Shown piece by piece: positions 16,811 through 24,000 of a DNA stretch of 24,000 bases. The stretch spans positions 44,859 through 68,858 of the forward strand of contig CAVRQU010000013.1 of NCBI GenBank assembly GCA_963723505.1. The letters are read 5' to 3'. Source of the stretch: an uncultured Gammaproteobacteria bacterium. Lineage in GTDB: Bacteria > Pseudomonadota > Gammaproteobacteria > Steroidobacterales > Steroidobacteraceae. Numbering within the stretch: position 1 is the first letter of the stretch; each line of letters starts with the position of its first letter. Made by a program: the position numbers and the translations under genes. The notes below the pieces were generated by a model. It saw nothing but the letters and a program-made list of their open reading frames with translations, was not told the origin of the DNA and did no database searches.

Positions 16811-18182
16811 TCACGGGAGTGCTCCGTCTGCAATAGCCTGGTCCGGGGCGCTCGCGGCGCGCGCTGCGAGCGCGTCCCTGTAGAGTCGGCGCTCTTCCAG
16901 CTTCTGTTCGTGCGTGAAGCGCACGGCGAGCGCACACAACAGCGCACGCGGCGACGATGCCGCCCAGCACGAACAAGGCGGACTGAATGAGTCGTGGCGC
17001 CCTTCGATCAGAAAGCCTGCGGCGACTGCGCCGACGTTGCCGCCCGCGCCGACGATGCCGGCGACGCCGCCGAGCGCTTTGCGATTGACGAAAGGCGACG
17101 AGCGCATAGGTCGCGCCGCATGCCATGTGGGTGAAGAGTCCGAAGATAAGCATCGCAACGAGTGCCGTGACCGCGCATGGCGCATTTGAGCGAAGGCGAT
17201 CAGACCGACGCCCTCCATCGAGGATGAGCGCGAACAACAGGGTGACGCGGCCGTCGAGTCCGCGCTCATGGGCGATGCGATCAGAAGTCGAGTCCGCCAA
17301 GCGAGCGTGCAAACAATGCAAGCAGGCCGAAGCAGCCGACATAGAGTCCGGCCGTCGTCACGCTGAGGCCAAAACGATCGACGTAGTAGACGGCCGCGAG
17401 ATTATGGATAGTCAGTTCGACGCCGAAGCAGGCGCCGTAGGTGATGAACAGCAGCCACACGCGGAGGTCGCGCGCGGCGGCGATGAATGTGCTCCAGCTC
17501 TCTGCTCGTCTGCGTGCGACTGCCGACAGGCGATCGCGCGGATCTCGTCGAGATTTCCGGACGGGAGTGTCCTTGGCGTACCGGAAGTACGCCACGGCGA
17601 TCGCCAGCATGAGCAGTGCCTGGTACGAGCAGGGCGACGCGCCAGCCCGAGCGAGCTGCTCCAGACCGAGACGACGTCAGCGCCGCGAAGATGAACGGCA
17701 TGATCGCCTGAGTCGCGCCGCCGCCGGCATTGCCCCAGCCGGCCGCCGTCGCATTGGCGGCGCCGACCACGTTCGGCGCGAACATGTTCGATGTATGAAA
17801 CTGCGTGATCACGAACGAGGCGCCGATGGCGCCGATGAAGAGGCGCAAGAACAGAAACGTCTCGTAGCTCTGGGCGAAGGAAATCGCAGCGACAGGGACG
17901 GCGCCGAGCGCGAGCAGCGACGTGTAGGTCAGTCGCGCGCCGAAGCGGTCGCACAGGGGTCCGATCGAGCAATCGCACGAAGATGGTCACGCAGACGGCG
18001 GCGATGTCGATGTTCGCGATCTGATCCTTGGTCAGTCCGAGATCCTCGCGGATGACGGGCAACAGCGGCGCGACCGCAAACCAGGCGAAGAAGCAGACGA
18101 AGAACGCCATCCACGTGAGGTGGAAGGCGCGCATCGGTATCGAAGAGAAGCTCAGCAGTTGCAAGTCGCGTCGCTCGTCCAT
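16811..18182 (-). pseudogene. narK: MFS nitrate/nitrite transporter (NarK/NasA-type), at least 12 frameshifts as sequenced
   Basis: ATG 18182 gives MDERRDLQLLSFSSIPMRAFHLTWMAFFVCFFAWFAVAPLLPVIREDLGLTKDQIANIDIAAVCVTIFVRLL. Later pieces are IGPLCDRFGARLTYTSLLALGAVPVAAISFAQSYETFLFLRLFIGAIGASFVITQFHTSNMFAPNVVGAANATAAGWGNAGGGATQAIMPFIFAAL / ...WRVALLVPG / ALLMLAIAVAYFRYAKDTP / SGNLDEIRA / ...RDLRVWLLFITYGACFGVELTIHNLAAVYYVDRFGL... / ...PFVNRKALGGVAGIVGAGGNVGAV... / LAVRFTHEQKLEE. The first shift is an extra base in CTCGATCGG near 17965. Confidence 0.8.
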
Positions 18183-18215
18183 CCATATCCCGCTCCCTGT
18201 GTGCGGGAGCGGAAA

Positions 18216-18231
18216 TGCAAACGAGATGCCA
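18216..18231 (-). promoter_or_regulatory. Sigma-54 (-24/-12) promoter of the narK-nir-nas operon
   Basis: The minus strand reads TGGCAT-CTCGT-TTGCAT. This matches TGGCAC-N5-TTGCW with the invariant GG and GC at the correct 12-nt register. It lies 34 nt upstream of the narK ATG. Confidence 0.6.
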
Positions 18232-18310
18232 GCGTCGAAATCAGCAACTTGCCGCGATTTCAGCGGGCAAATGAGCGGTATCGGTGCGGGTCCGCCATTG
18301 AGTCGTCGAA

Positions 18311-18340
18311 GTGGTGCGGCGTCGCAGGACTGGTGCACCA
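18311..18340 (-). promoter_or_regulatory. Candidate NtrC-type enhancer (UAS) half-sites
   Basis: The palindrome TGGTGCACCA (18331-18340) and GTGGTGC (18311-18317) resemble the NtrC consensus TGCACC-N5-GGTGCA half-sites. They lie about 85-110 bp upstream of the sigma-54 element, the usual enhancer distance. Confidence 0.4.
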
Positions 18341-18343
18341 GGA

Positions 18344-19264
18344 CTATTCGAGTGGGCAATCCTTTTCCCACGGCGGCGTGGGGCCGAACGTCTCGGCGAG
18401 GAAGTCGACGAACGCGCGCACCTTGGGCGTCAGATTGCGGCGTTCCGGATAAACCGCGTACACGGCGAGGTCCTGCGGTCTGAAACTGCAGAGGACGGGT
18501 TTGAGCTCGCCCGAGCGCAGCTGGTCGCACACATAGAAGGTGGGCAACAGCACAATGCCCGCGCCGGTGATCGCAGCCGCGCGGTTCACCAGACCGTTGT
18601 TCGAGTGCAGAGAGCCGTTGACCGGGACTGAGTGGCTTTCGCCGGCGGCGTCCGTCAGCCGCCACTCGCGCGGCGTGCTGAGCAGCGTATAGACGATGCA
18701 GTTGTGCTCGAGCAGATCCTCGGGCCGTTCCGGCGCACCGCGCTTCGCAAGGTACGCGGGCGCTGCGCACATCACCTGCCGGCACGGCGTAATGCGGCGC
18801 GCGACGAGATTGGAATCCTGCAAGCGACCGATGCGGATCGCGACGTCATAGCCCTCATCGACGAGATCGACCTGCCGATCGTCGTGAATGAGTTCGACCG
18901 CCACTCCGGGATAGCGATCGAGAAACCTCGGGATGGCCGATCCCAGATGCAGGATGCTGAAGGACATCGGCGCCGAGACTCGCAGCGTACCGCGCGGCTC
19001 CGTCTGAAAGCGCGCGACCTCGAGCTCAGCGTTTTCGATTTCTTCGAGCGCGCGGACGCTGCGCCGATACAGCTCCGAACCTGCTTCGGTGAGACTCAAG
19101 CGGCGGGTCGTGCGATTCAGCAGGCGCGCGCCGAGTCTCTCCTCCAACCGGGTGACAGCCTTGCTCACGACTGGCTGCGACGATTCGAGCGCCTCCGCCG
19201 CCGCGGTGAAGCTCGACAGTTCGACGACCTTGACGAAGACGGCGATGTCGGTGAGGTTCTGCAT
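18344..19264 (-). CDS. LysR-family transcriptional regulator
   Basis: 306-aa intact ORF. It has an N-terminal wHTH (MQNLTDIAVFVKVVELSSFTAAAEALESSQPVVSKAVTRLEERLGARLLNRTTRRLSLTEAG) and a LysR substrate-binding domain. It is divergent from the rhodanese-doxX pair. Confidence 0.9.
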   Translation of the reverse strand: MQNLTDIAVFVKVVELSSFTAAAEALESSQPVVSKAVTRLEERLGARLLNRTTRRLSLTEAGSELYRRSVRALEEIENAELEVARFQTEPRGTLRVSAPMSFSILHLGSAIPRFLDRYPGVAVELIHDDRQVDLVDEGYDVAIRIGRLQDSNLVARRITPCRQVMCAAPAYLAKRGAPERPEDLLEHNCIVYTLLSTPREWRLTDAAGESHSVPVNGSLHSNNGLVNRAAAITGAGIVLLPTFYVCDQLRSGELKPVLCSFRPQDLAVYAVYPERRNLTPKVRAFVDFLAETFGPTPPWEKDCPLE

Positions 19265-19487
19265 AGGCGGTTGCCTGCCGGCTAATCGGCCACCTGGTCA
19301 ACTGGCCGGAAATTGAAGGTTGCATCTCCATTCTTGTCTGGCCAGAGCCCAGTTAGCCAGTTGGCCGGTTAGCCCAGCGGAATAAATCCTATGCCGCGCG
19401 CCCCGATGATCCGGCGCCAGGCGATCAATAACGTAGCGCCTCACTAGCGCGGACACAGTGTCCGTACTGCAAACCGAGGTGCTCATC

Positions 19488-19861
19488 ATGCCGACTCAGG
19501 ATACCCGCCAGGCGCGCGACTACTTTGCGCAGAAACTTGCCTTCGTCACCGGTCCGTTCGAACTCGACGGCCAGATCAAACGCAAGGAGCCCGTCACGAT
19601 CGTCGATGTGCGTCTGCCAAGCGACTACAAGGCCGGCCACATCCCGGGAGCGATCAATCTGCCGCAAGGCAAGTGGCACACGCTTGCCGGTCTCACGAAG
19701 GAGCGCACGGCGGTCATCTATTGCTACAGCCAGACATGCAAACTCGCCGCCGCCGCCGCAGTCGAGTTCGCCTCCGCCGGCATTCCCGTCGTCGAGATGG
19801 AAGGCGGCTTCGAAGCCTGGGTGAAGCAATCAGCTCCCCGATCGAAAAGGCGGATCTGTAA
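19488..19861 (+). pseudogene. Single-domain rhodanese (sulfurtransferase), probable frameshift near the 3' end as sequenced
   Basis: ATG 19488 (AGGTG 7 nt upstream) gives MPTQDTRQARDYF...VTIVDVRLPSDYKAGHIPGAINLP...AVIYCYSQTCKLAAAAAVEFASAGIPVVEMEGGFEAWVKQ, with an active-site Cys loop CYSQTC. One more C in the C4 run (19836-19839) would give ...PPIEKADL and a stop at 19861. As sequenced, the ORF runs on for 270 implausible codons through repeats and across doxX out of frame. Confidence 0.7.
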
Positions 19862-19976
19862 GCAACTGCTTGGCCAGCCTTCGGCAAGCAAGCCTTCGGC
19901 AAGCAGGCCGCGGACGCGGCAGGCAAGCCGCAAGTGCGGCAGGTCAGAAGGGGTGGGCATCGATTTCGGTTCTTCA

Positions 19977-20029
19977 TTCTGGCTTGCCGACAGGCTTGCT
20001 TGCAGCGTCTGCGGCTTTCCTGCCCGCGG
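19977..20029 (+). repeat. Upstream copy of an imperfect ~50-bp direct repeat flanking doxX
   Basis: TTCTGGCTTGCCGACAGGCTTGCTTGCAGCGTCTGCGGCTTTCCTGCCCGCGG aligns with 20580-20627 at about 75% identity by my hand alignment. The alignment includes an exact 11-mer, GCGTCTGCGGC. Confidence 0.55.
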
Positions 20030-20082
20030 CTTGCTTGCCGACGAAGGCGGCTTGCTCCGAAAACTGTTTGAGGAGATTTCAC

Positions 20083-20508
20083 ATGTTCAACTTCGATCCG
20101 CATCGCGCCGGCGCCGCCATTCTTCGGGTGTCGCTCGGTCTCATGTTCATCGCCCACAGCGTGGTGCTGAAGTACTTTACGTTTACGCTCGCGGGTACGG
20201 CGCAGTACTTCGCGTCCATCGGTCTGCCGGCGTCGCTCGCGTATGTCGTGTTCGCGCTCGAAGCGATCGGCGGCGTGCTGCTGGTGATCGGCTTGCAGAC
20301 GCGCTGGGTCGCGCTTGGCCTCGTGCCTGTGCTGATCGGCGCGACGTGGGCGCATGTCGGCAACGGATGGGCCTTCAGCAACGCCAACGGCGGATGGGAA
20401 TATCCGCTGTTCCTCATCGTGATCAGCGTCGTTGTCGCATTGCAGGCGGCCGCGGCCACCCTCGACCGTCCTGCGCGGTCCTCGACGCCGGCGTACAAAC
20501 TCACGTAA
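20083..20508 (+). CDS. DoxX family inner-membrane protein
   Basis: ATG 20083 (GAGGAG 8 nt upstream) gives MFNFDPHRAGAAILRVSLGLMFIAHSVVLKYF...LEAIGGVLLVIGLQTRWVALGLVPVLIGATWAH...WEYPLFLIVISVVVAL. It has four TM helices in the typical DoxX pattern. The upstream 71 codons of ORF 19870.. are repeat sequence, not protein. Confidence 0.85.
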   Translation: MFNFDPHRAGAAILRVSLGLMFIAHSVVLKYFTFTLAGTAQYFASIGLPASLAYVVFALEAIGGVLLVIGLQTRWVALGLVPVLIGATWAHVGNGWAFSNANGGWEYPLFLIVISVVVALQAAAATLDRPARSSTPAYKLT

Positions 20509-20579
20509 TTGAATTGAGGGCGCGGCAGGTAGGCCTTCGGAGCCTGTCGGCAAGTCGGAGAAGCCAGGATCGTATTGAT

Positions 20580-20627
20580 GTTCTGGCCTGCCGCGAGGCC
20601 GTCCTGCCGCGTCTGCGGCCTTCCCGC
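20580..20627 (+). repeat. Downstream copy of the doxX-flanking direct repeat
   Basis: TTCTGGCCTGCCGCGAGGCCGTCCTGCCGCGTCTGCGGCCTTCCCGCC; see 19977-20029. Just upstream, CCTGTCGGCAAG (20542-20553) is the exact inverse of CTTGCCGACAGG (19983-19994). Confidence 0.55.
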
Positions 20628-20660
20628 CAACGGGCGTTCTGCCGCAGGCCGTTTTAGTCG

Positions 20661-21582
20661 TTATTGCGGTTCGAGCCGTTCCCCTTCCGGCGGCGGAAAC
20701 TGGCTGCAGACTTCATGCAGCCAGTCGCGGAAACGGATGACCTTCGGCAATTCGAAGTTGTGCGGCGGGGCGACGAAAAAATAGGAGTGCACTTGCCGCA
20801 CGCTCTGCCCTGACGGACGCACCAACCGCCCGGAGGCAAGGTCGCCCGCGACGAGCGACCAACGCGCCAGGGCGAGACCATGACCTTGTTCGGCGGCGGC
20901 GAGCACGGACGCTGAATCGTCGAGCACAGGACCGCGTTCGACGCGCGTCGTATCACCGCCCACGCGTCGCAGCCAGTCAATCCAGGGTTCGCTCGCGCTG
21001 TGGAGGAGCGGATACTTGTTCAGATCGCCCATGGTGTTGATGGGCCCGAGTTTCTCGAGCAACGCGGGGCTCGTCACGGGGAACACCCAGTCATCGAGCA
21101 TTTTTTCGGCGCGCAGATGGGCCCAGCTCACCGGCGCCGTACCGCACGGCTGCGTGAAAGTCGGTGTGCATGAAGTCGATGAGTTCGCGGCTTGCATTGA
21201 AGCGCAGATCGACTTCCGGATACTTCTGATAGAAATCGCCGAGCCGGGGCAGGAGCCACTTCTGCAGAAACGAACCAAGCAGGCTGATGTTGAGCAAGCC
21301 GCTGCTGCGATCCTGTCGCAGTTGATCGACCGCACGGGTAAGTTCGCCCATCCCTCGCTGCACGCCCGGCAGGAGTCGGGCCCCCTGCGGCGTCAATCGG
21401 ACCGAGCGGCTGTGGCGGACGAACAGCGGGGTCTCGAGAAACTGTTCGAGAGACTTGATATGCGAACTGACGGCGGCCGTTGTGACGTGCAGGGCCTGCG
21501 CGGCGCCCGTGAAGCTCAGGTGCGCGGCGACCGCTTCAAAAGCGCGCAACGCGTTGAGGGGAAGTTTCGGCGCGTCATTCAT
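20661..21582 (-). pseudogene. LysR-family regulator (GcvA/AmpR-like), one frameshift as sequenced
   Basis: MNDAPKLPLNALRAFEAVAAHLSFTGAAQALHVTTAAVSSHIKSLEQFLETPLFVRHSRSVRLTPQG... (ORF 21091..21582) continues in ORF 20661..21335 as ...WAHLRAEKMLDDWVFPVTSPALLEKLGPI...ALARWSLVAGDLASGRLV. The junction is at about 21125-21133 (RYGAG / SWAHL). Confidence 0.85.
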
Positions 21583-21724
21583 CGTTCAATATATTTTGAT
21601 TGCTCAGCCCAAGAACGCTTGAACGCGCGGCAAAAGTATATCGATCGATTTAACGATGCAAGTTATGCTTCGGCGACGCCTCGAAGCGCGAGCCTCGAGG
21701 TTCCGCGAGCAGAGGGGAGCGACC

Positions 21725-22204
21725 ATGACCGTCCGAATCGAACCCGCCAGGCCGGAAGATGTGCCGATGATCCTCATGCTGATCCGTGAACTCGCCGAGT
21801 TCGAGCGACTGCTGCACGAGGTTACGGCGACGGAAGAGCAGGTTCACGAGGGTCTCTTCGGCGCGCGGCCGAGCGCCGAGGTCGTGATGGCGCGGATCGG
21901 CGATGAGGTCGCCGGCTTCGCGCTTTACTTCCACAATTTCTCGACGTTTCTGGCGAAGCCCGGGATCTATCTCGAGGATCTGTACGTGCGACAGAAGTTT
22001 CGCGGTCAGGGCTGCGGTGAAGCGCTCTTGCGTCACCTCGCCAGCATCGCGCTTGCGCGAGGTTGCGGACGGCTGGAATGGTCCGTGCTCGACTGGAATC
22101 AGCGCGCCATCGCCTTCTACAAAAGCCTGGGCGCGGTGCCGATGAGTGAGTGGACGATCTATCGCGTGACCGGCGATGCGCTTGCGAGGCTCGGTTCAGC
22201 GTAA
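21725..22204 (+). CDS. GNAT family N-acetyltransferase (SSAT/diamine acetyltransferase-like)
   Basis: ATG 21725 (GGGGAG upstream) gives MTVRIEPARPEDVPMILMLIRELAEFERL...AGFALYFHNFSTFLAKPGIYLEDLYVRQKFRGQGCGEALL...LEWSVLDWNQRAIAFYKSLGA. This includes the acetyl-CoA motif R/Q-x-x-G-x-G/A. Confidence 0.85.
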   Translation: MTVRIEPARPEDVPMILMLIRELAEFERLLHEVTATEEQVHEGLFGARPSAEVVMARIGDEVAGFALYFHNFSTFLAKPGIYLEDLYVRQKFRGQGCGEALLRHLASIALARGCGRLEWSVLDWNQRAIAFYKSLGAVPMSEWTIYRVTGDALARLGSA

Positions 22205-22367
22205 TTCATTCGAACGGCGCCAGGTCAGCCTCAAGTCAGGCCGGGGCGGATCCGGGAATCCCCTGAACTGACGTCGTCCAGGATCCAGGACGAAGGCAGC
22301 TCCGATGCGCCTTATCTTTCGGTCATCTGTATGCACCGAACGCCAGGCCAGAGCTTTCCCAGGACAA

Positions 22368-22826
22368 ATGCCCATGCGAGCTTCTGTTCGACTTGCGGCG
22401 CCGGCTGATCTGCCGTCGCTGCTCCAGCTCATGCGCGGTGACTACCGCGACGATGGCCTGCCATTTGACGTCGATCGCGCGGCCGCGGTGATGTCTCGCC
22501 TGCTTGCGGAGCCGCAATGGGGGTTCGTGCTGATCCTGGATTTAGCGGGATCGCTGCTCGGCTACGTCGCGGTGTGCATTGGCTTCAGCCTCGAACTCGG
22601 CGGCAACGACGCCTTCATCGACGAATTGTTCGTCGCCCCCGAGCATCGCCGCATCGGAAACGGTCGACGGTTGCTCGAAGCCGCCGCGTCGCACGCGAAA
22701 GCGGTCGATGTGCGAGTCCTGCATCTGGAAGTGGACCGCGGCAACGGCGCCGCCTGCGCCCTGTATGGGTCGCTGGGATTTGCCTTGCGCGATCGCTACT
22801 TCCTGATGACTCGTTCCCTGAGCTGA
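22368..22826 (+). CDS. GNAT family N-acetyltransferase
   Basis: ...VRLAAPADLPSLLQLMRGDY...GYVAVCIGFSLELGGNDAFIDELFVAPEHRRIGNGRRLLEAA...VLHLEVDRGNGAACALYGSLGF. The start is ATG 22368 or ATG 22374; AGGA at 22361-22364 fits 22374 better. Confidence 0.8.
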   Translation: MPMRASVRLAAPADLPSLLQLMRGDYRDDGLPFDVDRAAAVMSRLLAEPQWGFVLILDLAGSLLGYVAVCIGFSLELGGNDAFIDELFVAPEHRRIGNGRRLLEAAASHAKAVDVRVLHLEVDRGNGAACALYGSLGFALRDRYFLMTRSLS

Positions 22827-22869
22827 TTCGCATAACGAATCGCGAAGTGGCGACTCACTTGAACTCTGA

Positions 22870-22901
22870 TTAGACTTGATCTAAGAATAGACCAAGTCTA
22901 A
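22870..22901. promoter_or_regulatory. Perfect 9-bp inverted repeat in an AT-rich patch upstream of the peroxidase gene (candidate operator)
   Basis: TTAGACTTG (22870-22878) - N14 - CAAGTCTAA (22893-22901), 35-66 bp upstream of ATG 22936. It lies in the only AT-rich stretch of this intergenic region. Confidence 0.4.
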
Positions 22902-22935
22902 GCAGAACAGCTGACCGAGACCAGGGGACAGGCGC

Positions 22936-24000
22936 ATGAAACCGATAGTCAGCGTATTCATGCTCGCGTGCGCGGGCGTGCTTTCACTCACGATGGTCCA
23001 CGCACAGCCCCTCGGGCTGCCGCGCGTCCCGGTTCCCGAGGACAACCCGCAGTCGCCTGAGAAGATCGCGCTCGGCGACAAGCTCTTCAATGACAAGCGG
23101 TTCAGCAGCACCGGCGCTGTGAGTTGCGCAACGTGTCACGATCCGCAGAAAGCGTTCACTGACAGCCCGCTGGTGACTTCCGAGGGCGTCAACAAGCTGA
23201 CCGGCACGCGCAACGCGCCGACCGTCGTCAACGCCGCGTACTACAAGCTGTTCTTCTGGGACGGTCGCTCGCTCGACCTCGAGGACCAGGCGCAGCACCC
23301 GATGGTGAATCCGGTCGAGATGGGCTTGCCCACTCATGATCCGGTGCTGAGCATTGTGCGCACCGATCCCGAGTACGTCGCCGCCTTTCGCAAGGCCTTC
23401 AGCAAGGAGCCGGCGCAGATCACGATGAAGGAAGTGCAGCAGGCGATCGCCAGCTTCGAGCGCACGATCGTGAGCGGCGATGCGCCATTTGATCGCTGGT
23501 ACTTCGGCGGCGATCAGCAGGCGATCCCGGAGCAGGCCAAGCGCGGATTCGACGTCTTCCTGAACAAGGGCGCGCTGCGTATCCTGTCATGTCATCGAAG
23601 AAGATCAGGCGCTATTCACGGACAATCGCTTCCACAACATCGGCGTGGGCGTGAACCGGATCCAGAGCGAGATCTCCCAGCTCGCTCCGGCCTTCCTCAA
23701 GGCGAAAGCGACTGGCGCGGACGTGGACAAGACTGTGCTTGCGAATCCGAAAGCCTCCGAGCTCGGGCGATTTGCCGTGACGGAGACGCTTGATGAGCTG
23801 GGGGCGTTCAAAACCTCGACGCTTCGCAATGTCTCGGTGACCGCGCCGTTCATGCACGACGGCAGCCTGAAGACGCTGCGCGACGTCGTCGAGCATTACA
23901 ACAACGGCGGCGTGACGAAGAAGACGGATCCGGTCAATGACTTCCTGAGCGGCGGCATCCGCCCGCTGGATCTCACCGAAGAGGAGATCGCCGATCTGGT
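22936..24000 (+). pseudogene. Di-haem cytochrome c peroxidase (CcpA/MauG family), one frameshift as sequenced; 3' end outside the window
   Basis: There is a signal peptide and the first haem motif CATCH, followed by ...NAPTVVNAAY...FWDGR...PMVNPVEMG. After FDVFLNK the frame shifts at the G run 23568-23570. My translation then gives ARCVSCHVIEEDQALFTDNRFHNIGVG...FKTSTLRNVSVTAPFMHDGSLKTLRDVVEHYNNGG..., which contains the second haem motif, and continues to position 24000. Confidence 0.85.

Noticed and set aside
18190-18212. Hairpin CCGCTCCC-N7-GGGAGCGG as a NasR/NasT-type antitermination or SD-sequestering leader structure
   Set aside because: The predicted sigma-54 transcription start falls inside the 5' arm, so the full hairpin is unlikely to be present in the mRNA. 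There is no U-tract and no tandem hexaloop (ANTAR-type) pattern. It is kept only as a remark under the promoter finding.
17412-18785. 457-aa minus-strand ORF spanning the narK 5' end and the LysR 3' region
   Set aside because: It is a composite. Only the stretch from ATG 18182 to about 17965 is genuine NarK sequence. The upstream 200 codons overlap the intact LysR gene out of frame, and the downstream part is frameshifted narK read in the wrong frame.
19862-20657. Continuation of the rhodanese ORF to 399 aa, and the 71-codon N-terminal extension of doxX
   Set aside because: Both run through low-complexity intergenic repeats (PSASKPSASR...). The first crosses doxX in a different frame. Single-domain rhodaneses are about 110-140 aa, and a conserved-looking C-terminus with a stop exists one frame over at 19861.

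Overview
High-GC (about 65%) chromosomal segment, probably from a gamma- or beta-proteobacterium. I found no complete mobile element, CRISPR array or recognisable defence system. Left to right: glnK-amtB (minus strand), ubiK-comM, and a membrane-anchored cytochrome c5-like gene. Next come tRNA-Arg(CCG) with a nearby copy of its own 3' end, a structured 2 x 120-bp tandem repeat, and an overlapping orphan dcm-vsr pair. Then hemD-like, a TonB-dependent receptor, and a sigma-54/NtrC-type nitrate-assimilation operon on the minus strand (narK, nirB catalytic half, nirD fused to an FAD reductase, nasA). The right end holds a LysR regulator divergent from rhodanese-doxX, a GcvA-like LysR divergent from two GNAT genes, and a di-haem cytochrome c peroxidase that runs off the window. 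Four things deserve a second look. (1) The nas operon has a permuted NirB domain order. (2) At least 35 single-base frame changes sit in the nas operon, about 30 of them in a sharply bounded ~3-kb block. This looks more like uncorrected sequence than decay but must be checked. (3) The tandem repeat next to the tRNA shows compensatory base changes in alternative helices. (4) A frame-shifting heptanucleotide repeat lies inside the reductase gene. All calls come from reading the sequence and ORF track by eye; no database search was run.
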